Shown: positions 18,899 through 28,744, counted from the stretch's first letter. The stretch: DNA of 64,000 nt from Gemmatimonas sp. (GCA_031414535.1 JANNVQ010000043.1:9197-73196), one strand, 5' to 3'. The notes: generated by a model not told the origin, from the letters alone. A program made the numbers and translations.

Positions 18899-19212
18899 TG
18901 CGAGCGTTCTCTGCGTTCGCCATTGCGCTCATCGCCATCTCGTTGGCCTGTGCGCCGCAGCCGACCGCGCCAGGGCCGGATGAGCTGACGCTGATTGCGG
19001 GTGTGACGGTCAGGCCCGGGAGTCTCGTGTCGTTCGAGCACCAGAACGACAGCCACGTGACGTTTGGGGTGCTCGAATGCGGACCCCCGCTCGAAGCGCT
19101 GAGGAACCCTGATGGCACGTATCGGTTCAGGCTGGGTGCGTTCGCGGTGAACACCGCGATTGATCCTGGCGTCCACGACATTGTGTCCGAGTCGTTCCGC
19201 GTGCGGCGCTGA
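18898..19212 (+). CDS. Small lipoprotein (array member 2), internally shortened paralogue of member 4
   Basis: TAATG coupling; lipobox SLAC; TFGV..C, GTYRFRL, DPGVHDIV; lacks about 35 central residues. Confidence 0.65.
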   Translation: MRAFSAFAIALIAISLACAPQPTAPGPDELTLIAGVTVRPGSLVSFEHQNDSHVTFGVLECGPPLEALRNPDGTYRFRLGAFAVNTAIDPGVHDIVSESFRVRR

Positions 19213-19214
19213 CT

Positions 19215-19670
19215 ATGCGACGGATGAAGCGAGCCCTCTGCGGGATAGTCGCGGCGGCGGTAGCGGCCGGATGCGCGTCCTCCACCGAGCCGGTCGCGGG
19301 CATCATCTTCGCACGCGTCGAGCAGGCCAGCGCGACGCCCGGTTCCAGTGTCACGCTCGTGGCATCACGCTCGAGCGCGGGGACTTGGTTCGTCAACCGC
19401 TGTCACTGGTACCTGCAGCGGTTTGAGGGGAGCGGGTGGAGGCGTTCAAGCATCCAACCCTCTCCCTGCGAAGGTGGCTGGGTGGAGGTTGTAGCGGGCA
19501 GCCCTGCCTCCATCGAGCTAATGATCCCGCCAGATGTTCGGTACGGGGATCACCGGATCGAACTAGTGGTGTCGCCATTCGAATACAGCGCCGGCCCGGT
19601 AATCACAGTCGCACCGCTAGAAGAAACCACCGTCGTCAGTAACGCTTTCTGGATTCCCGCCTTCCGTTGA
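19215..19670 (+). CDS. Small lipoprotein, Ig-like fold (array member 3)
   Basis: Lipobox AAGC + ASSTEP; WFVNRC...GW...PC...SNAF. Confidence 0.72.
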   Translation: MRRMKRALCGIVAAAVAAGCASSTEPVAGIIFARVEQASATPGSSVTLVASRSSAGTWFVNRCHWYLQRFEGSGWRRSSIQPSPCEGGWVEVVAGSPASIELMIPPDVRYGDHRIELVVSPFEYSAGPVITVAPLEETTVVSNAFWIPAFR

Positions 19671-19725
19671 CCGATGCTAACGGATTGTGGTTCCACTCTG
19701 CTCCACTTCTGCTGTGAGGCTCCCT

Positions 19726-20148
19726 ATGCGCATCGTCTCTCTCGCCGCTCTTGCAATTGCAACCCTGTCGCTGGCTTGCGATCTGCAGTCCACTTCGCCC
19801 AGAGATGCTCGGCAAGCTGTCTTACGCGGATCACCGGTCGCTCCCGGTGGCTTACTGTCGCTTGAGTACACGAACGTCACAGGACTCACGTTCGGCGTGA
19901 ACCCCTGCACGCGTGAGTACCAAGAATTCCGCGACGGCGCGTGGGGACCGCTCGTCGGGGAACTGCGAAGCTGCGCCGACGATACGCAGCTTGTGCCCGC
20001 AGACGCCGTCACCACGCTGCAGATTGACGTGCCAACGTTTCTTACGCCGGGCACATATCGCTTTAGGCTCGCCGCGCAGCCCGTGTCCGCGCCGGTTGAT
20101 CCCGCGCTGCATGACATCGTCACGCCATCCTTCGAGGTGCGGGATTGA
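19726..20148 (+). CDS. Small lipoprotein, Ig-like fold (array member 4)
   Basis: Lipobox SLAC; TFGVNPC...DGAW...ELRSC...PGTYRFRL. Confidence 0.75.
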   Translation: MRIVSLAALAIATLSLACDLQSTSPRDARQAVLRGSPVAPGGLLSLEYTNVTGLTFGVNPCTREYQEFRDGAWGPLVGELRSCADDTQLVPADAVTTLQIDVPTFLTPGTYRFRLAAQPVSAPVDPALHDIVTPSFEVRD

Positions 20149-20600
20149 GACTGCCCGACGGCAGGTATCTCCTGGGGTTCGTGGCGCTCCTCACGGCGGT
20201 CGGTTGCTCGTCCTCGACCGAGCCGCCGTTGGGGCCGGTGGACGTTCGCGTCACCGTGGCGAGCGTGTCACCGAATGCACTGTTGCCCGTGCGGCTGCGC
20301 ACGCTGGACGGCGGCGATTGGTTTGTGAATCTCTGCGGCTATCGCTTCGAAATCCTGCGAGACGGTGAGTGGTGGCGCCCGACCCCACTGCCGCCGGCGT
20401 GCAGCGAGCAGCCGAATGTCGCGTCGCAGGCAGGCGAGGGGACGTTGCTGGAAGTCAGGGTACCGGAGAACTACCCGCCCGCCACGTACCGGATCGTCTT
20501 CGTGGTGAACCCCGGCGGGCCGATGGATAAGGCCCTGCGGCCGCTCGCGGAGCAAGTGCTCGTGGGCTCCAACCGGTTCACCGTCCTCCCCCTGTTCTAG
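20145..20600 (+). CDS. Small lipoprotein, Ig-like fold (array member 5)
   Basis: TTGA overlap; lipobox AVGC + SSSTEP; WFVNLC...DGEW...AC...TYRI...SNRF. Confidence 0.72.
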   Translation: MRLPDGRYLLGFVALLTAVGCSSSTEPPLGPVDVRVTVASVSPNALLPVRLRTLDGGDWFVNLCGYRFEILRDGEWWRPTPLPPACSEQPNVASQAGEGTLLEVRVPENYPPATYRIVFVVNPGGPMDKALRPLAEQVLVGSNRFTVLPLF

Positions 20601-20665
20601 GCCCCGAAGACGGGACATTTTGACCCTTGGAGGACGGCCCCTAAGCCGTTATCCTTCAAGGCTCT

Positions 20666-21964
20666 ATGTTCACTGAACTCTCCGAGAAACTGGAAGCCAC
20701 GTTCGCGCGCTTGCGCGGACGCGGTGTCCTGACCGAAGCCGACATCAAGGAGGGCCTGCGCGAAGTGCGTCGGGTCCTGCTCGAAGCCGACGTGTCGTTC
20801 CAGTTGACGGGAGAGTTCCTGGCACGAGTGGAGAAGCGCGCTGTCGGTGTGGCGCAGCTCAAGACCATCGCGCCGGCGCAGCAACTCGTGAAGATCGTGT
20901 ACGACGAACTCACGACGATGCTGGGTGAGCGGAAGGAAGGCCTCAAGCTCTCCTCCGTGCCGCCCACAGTCGTGCTGATGGTCGGCTTGCAGGGGTCGGG
21001 TAAGACGACCACTGCCGCCAAGCTCGCACGCAAGCTCAAGCTCGAAGGCAAGGCTACGCGCCTCGTCGCGGCGGACGTGTACCGCCCGGCGGCAATCGAC
21101 CAGCTCGAGACGCTGGGCCGCGACCTTGGCGTGCCGGTCTACGCCGATCGCAGCACCACGGACGTGGTGAAGATCGTGAAGGCTGGCATTGAGCAGGCCA
21201 AGAGGGAGCGCGATCGGGTGGTCATTCTCGACACCGCCGGCCGCCTGCAGATTGACGATGAGATGATGAACGAACTGCGCCGCGTGAAGGACGCGGTGCA
21301 GCCGGATGAGATCCTGCTCGTTGCCGACGGCATGACCGGTCAGGACGCCGTGCGCATCGCGCAGGGCTTCGACCAGGCCCTCGGCGTCACCGGCGTGAGT
21401 CTCACCAAGTTGGATGGCGACGCCCGCGGTGGTGCCGCGCTCTCCATCTACGGCGTCACCAAGAAGCCTATCAAGTACATCGGCGTCGGCGAGAAGCCCG
21501 ACGCGCTCGAAGAGTTTCATCCGGATCGTATGGCCGGCCGCATTCTCCAACAGGGTGACGTCCTCACCCTCGTGGAGAAGGCCCAGGCGACGTTCGATCA
21601 GGACGAAGCCAAGCGGATGGAGAAGAAGATCAAGAAGGAGGGCATGGACCTCCAGGACTTCCTCTCGGCGATGAAACAGATGGAAAAGCTCGGCAGCATG
21701 CAGAACATCTTGAAGATGTTGCCTGGCGTGAACAGCAAGATGATGGCGCAGGCCAGCAAGGTGGACCCCAAGCGGATGAAGCACCTTGAGGCGATTGTGC
21801 TGTCGATGACGACTGAGGAACGGAAGAAGCCGGAGCTGATCAACGGCTCGCGCCGAGCCAGAGTCGCGAAGGGATCAGGAAGGCCGGTGAGTGAAGTGAA
21901 TCGTCTCCTTGAGCAGTTTAGGGAGATGCAGAAGATGATGAAGAGGATGGCAGCAAAGCGTTAA
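20666..21964 (+). CDS. ffh: Signal recognition particle protein
   Basis: GLQGSGKTT, DVYRPAA, DTAGR, TKLDGDARGGAALS, Met-rich M domain. Confidence 0.97.
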   Translation: MFTELSEKLEATFARLRGRGVLTEADIKEGLREVRRVLLEADVSFQLTGEFLARVEKRAVGVAQLKTIAPAQQLVKIVYDELTTMLGERKEGLKLSSVPPTVVLMVGLQGSGKTTTAAKLARKLKLEGKATRLVAADVYRPAAIDQLETLGRDLGVPVYADRSTTDVVKIVKAGIEQAKRERDRVVILDTAGRLQIDDEMMNELRRVKDAVQPDEILLVADGMTGQDAVRIAQGFDQALGVTGVSLTKLDGDARGGAALSIYGVTKKPIKYIGVGEKPDALEEFHPDRMAGRILQQGDVLTLVEKAQATFDQDEAKRMEKKIKKEGMDLQDFLSAMKQMEKLGSMQNILKMLPGVNSKMMAQASKVDPKRMKHLEAIVLSMTTEERKKPELINGSRRARVAKGSGRPVSEVNRLLEQFREMQKMMKRMAAKR

Positions 21965-21966
21965 GT

Positions 21967-22012
21967 GGACGGATGACGAATGCCAACCGCAGTTAGCTTC
22001 CGTCATCCGTCC
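21967..22012. repeat. 12-bp perfect inverted repeat of the GACGGAT heptamer family (possible hairpin after ffh)
   Basis: GGACGGATGACG 21967-21978 and CGTCATCCGTCC 22001-22012. Confidence 0.6.
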
Positions 22013-22099
22013 TGTATGACCCGAGTGCGCCCCGGAAACTCCGGGGATCGCGATGAGCTCGGCGCAGCACCCGTAACCAGTAGACCCGAGGATTCACAG

Positions 22100-22405
22100 A
22101 TGGCCGTTCGTATTCGTCTCCGCCGCCAGGGCCGCAAGAAGGCCCCCACGTATCGCATTGTTGTCGCCGACGGCCGCTCGCCGCGCGATGGCAAGTTCAT
22201 CGAAATCCTCGGGCAGTACGCGCCGCGGTCCGGTGAGCAGGCGATCCAGCTCAACGCCGAGCGCGCCAACTACTGGCTCGACAACGGCGCGCAGCCGTCC
22301 GACACGGTGCGCTCGCTGCTCCGTAAGGCCGGCGTGCTCAAGGCCCGTCACGAGACCCGTCTCGCCACGAAGCTCGCGGCGAACGCTGTCCCGGTGAAGG
22401 AGTAA
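22100..22405 (+). CDS. rpsP: 30S ribosomal protein S16
   Basis: MAVRIRLRRQGRKKAPTYRIVVADGRSPRDGKFIE; GAGGA RBS. Confidence 0.97.
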   Translation: MAVRIRLRRQGRKKAPTYRIVVADGRSPRDGKFIEILGQYAPRSGEQAIQLNAERANYWLDNGAQPSDTVRSLLRKAGVLKARHETRLATKLAANAVPVKE

Positions 22406-22413
22406 GCCACATC

Positions 22414-22962
22414 GTGATCCCCGAGTGCGCGGCAGTTGGGCGGATTAGACGCCCGCACGGCGTTCGGGGTGAGTTGGCGATGGAAGCATTGACCGACGAG
22501 CCAGAGGCGATTTTCGCCTCTGGCCGTCGTGTTTTTCAGGGGACGCACGAAGGGGCGCTGTTCCTCGATGCACGCACGAAGCAACCGCGCGAACTCATCG
22601 TGAAGTCGCTGCGGCCGGTGAAGGACGGCTGGTTAATCACGCTCGATGTCGTTGCAGATCGCACCGAGGCGGAGAAGTGGAATGGCCGCCACTTGATGGT
22701 GCCCGTGGAAGAACTCTCGGCGCCGGATGATGGCGAGGTCTTCGCGCATGAGCTCGTCGGTATGCAGTTGCTCGACGCCGAGACCGACGCCCCGCTCGGC
22801 GAGGTTGTGGAGTTCTACGAGTTGCCGCAGGGCCTGCTGCTTGAGTTCAAGACGGCCAGCGGCCTCGCAAGCCTCCCCTTCGTAGAGGAGTTTGTAGAGG
22901 ACGTGGACCGGGACGCTCGAGTCATTCGCGTGCGCCTGCCAGACGGATTGCTGGAGACCTGA
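22414..22962 (+). CDS. rimM: Ribosome maturation factor RimM
   Basis: VGRIRRPHGVRGEL, HELVG, LPFV; canonical position after rpsP. Confidence 0.92.
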   Translation: MIPECAAVGRIRRPHGVRGELAMEALTDEPEAIFASGRRVFQGTHEGALFLDARTKQPRELIVKSLRPVKDGWLITLDVVADRTEAEKWNGRHLMVPVEELSAPDDGEVFAHELVGMQLLDAETDAPLGEVVEFYELPQGLLLEFKTASGLASLPFVEEFVEDVDRDARVIRVRLPDGLLET

Positions 22963-23618
22963 TGCTCACCGTTAATCTCATCAGCATCTTTCCGGAGTTC
23001 TTCGCCGGACCACTTAGCCTGAGCATCCCTAAGCGGGCCGCCGAGGCGGGTCTGGTGCAATACAACTGCGTGGACCTTCGCGCCTTCGCCACCGACAAGC
23101 ACAAAACGGTGGACGATGCTCCTTTTGGGGGTGGCCCCGGCATGGTGATGAAGCCGGCGCCATTCTTTGACGCCGTGGAGAGTGTCGGGGCCAAGTCGCC
23201 AATCGTCCTCCTGTCTCCGCGCGGCAAAGTGTTCAGCCACGCGGACGCGGTGCGATTCGCCGAGGGTACCGAGCTGACCTTGCTCTGCGGTCACTACAAA
23301 GACGTTGACCAGCGTGTGGCTGACCACTTGGCCACCGAGGAGATCTCGCTGGGCGACTTCGTGCTGAGCGGGGGCGAGCCGGCCGCGCTGGCCATCGTGG
23401 ACGCGGTGGTTCGGCTGCTCCCCGGGGCTATGAGTGACATCGAATCGGCCCGCACGGACTCTTTTTTCGATCGTGGCCTTTCCGCACCCAGCTATACGCG
23501 GCCCGCAGAGTACCGCGGGCATAAGGTGCCAGACGTCCTCCTCTCGGGAAACCACGCCGAAATTGACCGCTGGCGCCGCGAGGAAGGGGAGCGGCTGACC
23601 AGAGACCGGCGAGGCTGA
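22962..23618 (+). CDS. trmD: tRNA (guanine-N1)-methyltransferase
   Basis: VDDAPFGGGPGMVMK, EISLGDFVLSGGE, YTRP, LLSGNH. Confidence 0.96.
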   Translation: MLTVNLISIFPEFFAGPLSLSIPKRAAEAGLVQYNCVDLRAFATDKHKTVDDAPFGGGPGMVMKPAPFFDAVESVGAKSPIVLLSPRGKVFSHADAVRFAEGTELTLLCGHYKDVDQRVADHLATEEISLGDFVLSGGEPAALAIVDAVVRLLPGAMSDIESARTDSFFDRGLSAPSYTRPAEYRGHKVPDVLLSGNHAEIDRWRREEGERLTRDRRG

Positions 23619-23741
23619 GCCCGGACGCAGTCATAGGCGATGTGGGTGGGTCAGTCCCCGTTGCGCAAGCTCAAACCCGGCAGTAGCTTACAAGGCTCAA
23701 CACTGCCACCTCAGCGGGCCGCTTTGCGCCCGGAGTCGTAT

Positions 23742-24119
23742 ATGCACGCTTTCTCCGAAACTCAGAAGGAATACCTCAAGGTCGTTCCCCCTTTCCGTGC
23801 CGGCGACACGCTCCGCGTGAACGTCCGAGTCAAGGAAGGCGAGAAGGAACGTCTTCAGGCGTTTGAAGGCGTCTGCATCGCCCGCAAGGGCGCGGGCGTC
23901 GGTGCCACCTTCGCGGTGCGCAAGATCTCCAATGGCGTCGGCGTCGAGCGCATTTTCCCGCTCCACTCGCCGATGCTGGCCGAGATCAAGGTTGTGCGCC
24001 GTGGCCGCGTGCGTCGTGCCAAGCTCTTCTATCTCCGCAACGTGACCGGTAAGGCCGCACGTATCGCCGAGAAGAAGGTGCGCGTGGTTGTGCCGGCGAC
24101 CGGCGAGGCTAAGGCGTAA
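23742..24119 (+). CDS. rplS: 50S ribosomal protein L19
   Basis: Start re-called at 23742; [35 protein letters not shown]. Confidence 0.96.
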   Translation: MHAFSETQKEYLKVVPPFRAGDTLRVNVRVKEGEKERLQAFEGVCIARKGAGVGATFAVRKISNGVGVERIFPLHSPMLAEIKVVRRGRVRRAKLFYLRNVTGKAARIAEKKVRVVVPATGEAKA

Positions 24120-24124
24120 GGCGA

Positions 24125-24736
24125 ATGGCTCGCGGCTGGGGCGCCATTGAGCGTTCGCTGTTGGCCGCAGGGGCTCGGTACATCGCTGGAGTAGATGAAG
24201 TAGGACGGGGCCCGCTTGCGGGCCCCGTTGTTGTTTGTGCCGTGATCATGCCGGCGGATCGGCCAGCTATCCCTGGCGTCACCGATTCCAAGAAGCTCAA
24301 GCCCGCGGAACGCGAGCGCCTGGCGGCTCGCATTCAAGCGGAAGCGGTCGCCATCGCCTTGGCGGCCTCCAGCGTGAGGGAAATTGCGCGTTGGAACATC
24401 TACCAAGCCAATGCACGGGCGATGGCGCGGGCGCTGGCCAAGCTCGCCGTGCGTCCAGACGAGGTGCTCGTGGATGGCAAGCCAATCAAGACGCTTGGGG
24501 TACCGCATCAGGCTGTCGTGGGTGGTGACGGAAAGTGTTACTCGATTGGCTGCGCGAGCATCGTGGCCAAGGTCGTGCGTGATCGGCTGATGCAGCGGCT
24601 CGACGCGCGATACCCGGGATACTTTTGGGCGCGCAACGCGGGCTACGGGACGGCCGCGCACATCGAGGCGCTCCGGGAGCAGGGCCTGAGTCCACACCAT
24701 CGCGCGAGCTTCTGCGCTACGGCCTTAAGCGGCTGA
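24125..24736 (+). CDS. rnhB: Ribonuclease HII
   Basis: GVDEVGRGPLAGPV, DSKKL, ASIVAKVVRD, GYGT, HRASF. Confidence 0.95.
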   Translation: MARGWGAIERSLLAAGARYIAGVDEVGRGPLAGPVVVCAVIMPADRPAIPGVTDSKKLKPAERERLAARIQAEAVAIALAASSVREIARWNIYQANARAMARALAKLAVRPDEVLVDGKPIKTLGVPHQAVVGGDGKCYSIGCASIVAKVVRDRLMQRLDARYPGYFWARNAGYGTAAHIEALREQGLSPHHRASFCATALSG

Positions 24737-24768
24737 CGCATTTGGGCTGCTGAGCCAGGTGGGCCGCT
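24728..24768 (+). ncRNA. Candidate nhaA-I-like (Li+/monovalent cation) riboswitch aptamer
   Basis: AGCG(24728)...GGGCTG-CTGAGC-CAGGTGGGC-CGCT(24768) with a closing AGCG/CGCT stem. It resembles my recollection of the nhaA-I consensus and precedes a cation-transporter-family gene. Confidence 0.45.
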
Positions 24769-24817
24769 GACGCACTCGCGTGCGGAGCGTTTCACTCCTG
24801 ATCGAGCTTCGGTATGT

Positions 24818-26302
24818 TTGGGCGTGCACGAAACCGCCCTCAGCACAACGGACCCAGTCTCTCAGCTCATCGTCGCGGCGCTGCTCGTTGCGCTGTTCGG
24901 TGCGCTCGCGCTCGAAAAGGCGCACCGCGTGCTCGTGGTGCTCTGCGCGGTTTCCCTCCTCTGGGCTATCACCTACCTCACGCCCTACCATTTGCTGCCG
25001 GTGGAGGCGGCGATGGCTCACATCGACTTGAACGTGCTGCTCCTCCTCGCCGCCATGATGGCATTGGTGGGCGTGCTCAAGGAAACGGGCGTATTCGGTT
25101 GGGCGGTGGAACGTTTGCTCGAACGCTTTGGGCACAATCCGGCGCGCGCCATCGCCGTGCTCTGGTGGTTCACGGCCATCGCCTCGGCGTTTCTCGACAA
25201 CGTCACGACGGTAATCTTCGTGACGCCGATTGCTCTGGCCACGACACGGCGTATCGGTGCGCCTCCGGCGTATGTACTCCTCCCGGTCATTATGGCGGCC
25301 AACATCGGCGGAACGGCGACGCTGATTGGCGACCCGCCGAACATTATGATCGGTTCAGGTGCCGGGCTCACATTCATGGACTTCATCGAGGAGCTCGCGC
25401 TCCCAGTGATTGTGATGATGTGCGGCTTGCATGTCTGGGCCGTGGGTCGTCTGCGGACGGTGATGGGCGCGCGCGCGAATCTGCCTGCGCAGGCTGATGA
25501 ACCTGGCGACGGTCCACAGATTGTTGATCCAGGTTTGCTGCGTTGGCTTGGTGTCATCTGTGGCTTCGTGCTGCTGGGCTTCGTGACGCACGGCGCCACG
25601 GGCATGCCCACGGCGGTGCCGGCGCTCATTGGTGCAGCCGTGGCTCTCGTGGTGCAGGACCTTCGCTACCTGCGCACGAACCAACCCACGCATGAGGAGC
25701 GCACGCACGGGATTCTCCACGTGTTGGAGAAGGAAGTGGAGTGGCCGACGCTGACCTTCTTTGCCCTCTTATTCATTTTGGTGGGGGCGGCGGTGAGCAC
25801 GGGACTCACGGCGACGCTCGCGGAAGCGCTGGAGCGGGCGATTCTCGTCGGCCGAAGCAGCTTCGGCTTGGGCGATGCGGGCACCTTGTTGTTTGCAGCT
25901 ATTCTCGTGGCTTGGGTGTCCGCAACACTCTCCGCGGTGATGGACAATATCCCCTTCGTAGCTGTGAGCATCCCGATCATCGGCGCCTTGATTCCGCAGC
26001 TGCCAGGCGAGAGCATCGTGCTCTGGTGGGCGCTGGCGCTCGGGGCCTGTCTTGGCGGCAATGCCACGCCCATCGGTGCCTCTGCGAACGTGACGACGCT
26101 GGGGCTCGCGGAGCGTGCGGGCGTTCGCATCAGCTTTGGCGAGTTCATGCGTACTGGTGTGCCGGTGGCCGTGTTCACATTGGTCGTGTCATCCGTGTAC
26201 CTCGCGGGCTATGTGATGCTCGGTGGCCATCGCGTGCCGTTTGTGATGGGTGCCATGGGGGTGCTCGGTTTGCTCTTGGTTTGGCGGGCGGAGCGCGCGT
26301 GA
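24818..26302 (+). CDS. ArsB/NhaD (ion transporter superfamily) permease
   Basis: SAFLDNVTT, AANIGGTATLIGDPPNIMI, SAVMDNIP, WALALGACLGGNATPIGASANV. Confidence 0.88.
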   Translation: MGVHETALSTTDPVSQLIVAALLVALFGALALEKAHRVLVVLCAVSLLWAITYLTPYHLLPVEAAMAHIDLNVLLLLAAMMALVGVLKETGVFGWAVERLLERFGHNPARAIAVLWWFTAIASAFLDNVTTVIFVTPIALATTRRIGAPPAYVLLPVIMAANIGGTATLIGDPPNIMIGSGAGLTFMDFIEELALPVIVMMCGLHVWAVGRLRTVMGARANLPAQADEPGDGPQIVDPGLLRWLGVICGFVLLGFVTHGATGMPTAVPALIGAAVALVVQDLRYLRTNQPTHEERTHGILHVLEKEVEWPTLTFFALLFILVGAAVSTGLTATLAEALERAILVGRSSFGLGDAGTLLFAAILVAWVSATLSAVMDNIPFVAVSIPIIGALIPQLPGESIVLWWALALGACLGGNATPIGASANVTTLGLAERAGVRISFGEFMRTGVPVAVFTLVVSSVYLAGYVMLGGHRVPFVMGAMGVLGLLLVWRAERA

Positions 26303-27138
26303 GGGTGTTCCAGCTGAGAGAGCCCTCGGCCGCGCCAATCCCGCTCCTCGTCGATTCACCCCACAGCGGATTGGATATGCCGCCGGACTTTGGTAGCGCG
26401 GCTTCGGTGGAGGCCCTGCGCTCGACCTGGGATGCGTTCGTGGACGAGCTCTGGGGCGATGCGCCAGCACTTGGCGCGGCGCTGATTGCTGCGGATTTTC
26501 CACGCGCCTACGTAGACGTGAACCGGCGCGAGGATGACATCGACGAGTCTTTGCTGAGCGAGCCATGGCCTACGCCGCTCACGCCCACGGACTACACGCG
26601 CCGAGGCATGGGCTTGATCCGGCGCGAGGCGTTGCCTGGCGTGGCGATGTATGCGCGTCAGCTTGGCGTAGATGAAGTACAGAGAAGAATCACGCGCTAC
26701 TACCGCCCGTATCGAGAAGCAGTCGCGGAGCGAATCTCCACGCTGCGCCGCGTGGACGCCCAGGTGTTTTACATTGACGCGCACTCGATGAAGTCGCGCG
26801 GCAATGCGATGAACGTGGACGCCGGTGCCCTGCGCCCGGATGTCGTGGTGAGTGATCGGCACGGCACGACGGCCAATGCACGGCACACGCAATTCGTGGC
26901 AGAGTGTTTTCGCGGGCAAGGGTTCACCGTGCAGGTGAATGACCCGTACCAAGGCGGTGATCTCGTGCGCAGCTTTGGCGCACCAGCAGGCGGTGTGCAC
27001 GCAATCCAAGTGGAACTCAATCGCGCCTTGTATATGGACGAGGCACAGTTCACGCGCGGCGCCGACTTTGCCCGCGTACGGTCGGCCTGCGCTTCCTGCA
27101 TGCGGGCGGTTGGCGAGTACGCGCGGACACTGACGTGA
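26299..27138 (+). CDS. N-formylglutamate amidohydrolase-family protein
   Basis: Start re-called at GTG 26299; DSPHSG, D.FVDELW, RAYVDVNR, GMGLI, DAHSM, NDPYQGG, QVELNRALYMDE. Confidence 0.88.
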   Translation: MRVFQLREPSAAPIPLLVDSPHSGLDMPPDFGSAASVEALRSTWDAFVDELWGDAPALGAALIAADFPRAYVDVNRREDDIDESLLSEPWPTPLTPTDYTRRGMGLIRREALPGVAMYARQLGVDEVQRRITRYYRPYREAVAERISTLRRVDAQVFYIDAHSMKSRGNAMNVDAGALRPDVVVSDRHGTTANARHTQFVAECFRGQGFTVQVNDPYQGGDLVRSFGAPAGGVHAIQVELNRALYMDEAQFTRGADFARVRSACASCMRAVGEYARTLT

Positions 27139-28679
27139 ACGCGGCAGCCGGCGCAGGGAACGCAGACGCTCGCGGATGGTTGGCGCGCTCACTGGATGTG
27201 GTTGAGCGCGTGGGCAATCGCCTTCCACATCCAGCCAGCCTGTTTGTGGTGCTATCGCTGCTCGTAGTGTTGGCGTCCTGGCTTGCAACGCTGCTCGGCT
27301 GGAGCGTCGCACACCCCACGACCGGCGAGGCAGTCGGGGCCACGAATCTGCTTTCGCTCGATGGACTGCGTCGGCTGATTGTGGGGCTCGTGCCCAACTT
27401 CCTCAATTTTGGGCCGTTTGGGCCGGTGCTGGTGTGTTTGTTGGGATTGTCGGTGGCGGAGCACGCGGGACTCTTGGGTGCGGTGGTGCGTGTGGCAGTG
27501 GAGGCCACGCCGAGGCGCTTCCTCACCGCAGCCATCGTATTCACTGGTGCGATGTCGCACACGGCTGGCGACGTGGGTTACGTGCTGTTGCTTCCGCTTT
27601 CTGCGGCGCTCTTTCACACAGTTGGGCGCCATCCCATCGCCGGACTGGCCGCGGCCTACGCAGGCGTGTCAGGTGGATTCGCCGCCAATGCCTTGCTCTC
27701 GCCGACTGACGTGACGCTCGCGGGCATCACGCAGGAAGCTGCGCGCATCGTTGATGCCGCGTACGTGGTCACGCCGATGGCGAGCTACTACTTTCTCGCC
27801 GCATCTGTGTTGCTCGTGACGCTCACGGGTGCGCTGGTGACGGAGCGCATCGTGGAGCCGCGCCTCGGGGCCTACCGCGGAAGCGCGGTGCCCGAGGCTG
27901 CGGTACCGCTCACGGCGGCTGAACGGTCCGGATTGCGCTGGGCCTTTGCGGCGTTCATTGCGCTCGTGGGTTTGCTGGCGCTTGGACTCTGGCCGCGCGC
28001 TGGATTCCTGCTCGACCCCGAGCGCACAGGCTTTCTTGACTCGTATGTCGTGCGTGGACTGGTGTTCTGGATCTTCGTGTTTGGACTCGTCCCTGGACTC
28101 GTCTACGGCATCGTGGCAGGTACGATTCGCCGCGACCGCGACGTCTACTCAGGAATGACCAAGAACATGGAACTCGTCGCCGGGTACGTGGTGGCGGTGT
28201 TCTTCATTGCGCAGTTCGTGAATCTCTTCGCGTGGAGTGGGCTGGGCGTCCTCGCCGCGGTGAAGGGCGCGGCGTTTCTGCAGTCGCTCGGGCTCGGGGT
28301 GATTCCCCTTATGGTGGGCCTCGTGTTGCTCACCGCGGCCATTGACCTCGTGATGGGTTCGGCGTCTGCCAAGTGGGCCATACTCGGTACGGTGATGGTG
28401 CCGATGTTCATGCTGCTGGGATACAGTCCTGAGCTCACACAGACGGCGTACCGGGTGGGAGATTCGCTCACCAACATCATCACGCCGCTCTCGTCCAACT
28501 TCCCGCTGGTCCTGTTGTTTTTTCAGCGGTACGACGAGAAGGCCGGCATCGGCACGTTGTCGGCGACGATGCTGCCGTACACCGTCGTCAATATGGTGGT
28601 GTGGACCTTTTTCCTCGCGGTCTGGGTTGGACTCGGGTGGCCGACGGGGCCGGGGGCCTCGCTCTTCGTCGGGCGCTAA
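27135..28679 (+). CDS. AbgT-family transporter
   Basis: VERVGNRLPHP, GRHPIAGLAAAYAGVSGGF, GSASAKW, YRVGDS.TNIITP. Confidence 0.92.
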   Translation: MNAAAGAGNADARGWLARSLDVVERVGNRLPHPASLFVVLSLLVVLASWLATLLGWSVAHPTTGEAVGATNLLSLDGLRRLIVGLVPNFLNFGPFGPVLVCLLGLSVAEHAGLLGAVVRVAVEATPRRFLTAAIVFTGAMSHTAGDVGYVLLLPLSAALFHTVGRHPIAGLAAAYAGVSGGFAANALLSPTDVTLAGITQEAARIVDAAYVVTPMASYYFLAASVLLVTLTGALVTERIVEPRLGAYRGSAVPEAAVPLTAAERSGLRWAFAAFIALVGLLALGLWPRAGFLLDPERTGFLDSYVVRGLVFWIFVFGLVPGLVYGIVAGTIRRDRDVYSGMTKNMELVAGYVVAVFFIAQFVNLFAWSGLGVLAAVKGAAFLQSLGLGVIPLMVGLVLLTAAIDLVMGSASAKWAILGTVMVPMFMLLGYSPELTQTAYRVGDSLTNIITPLSSNFPLVLLFFQRYDEKAGIGTLSATMLPYTVVNMVVWTFFLAVWVGLGWPTGPGASLFVGR

Positions 28680-28744
28680 CTGGCAGAGGAACTCGGGGCG
28701 CCAGGTGACTAGATTTCTCCGCTGGATGAGCCTCGGCTCGCCTT

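Noticed and set aside
22013..22099. SRP RNA or a named ribosomal leader between ffh and rpsP
   Set aside because: It can form a hairpin (CCCGGA/TCCGGG) but lacks the SRP domain IV motif, so I cannot assign a family
25741..26298. Long N-terminus on the formylglutamate hydrolase
   Set aside because: It is an out-of-frame overlap with the permease gene; family motifs begin after 26299
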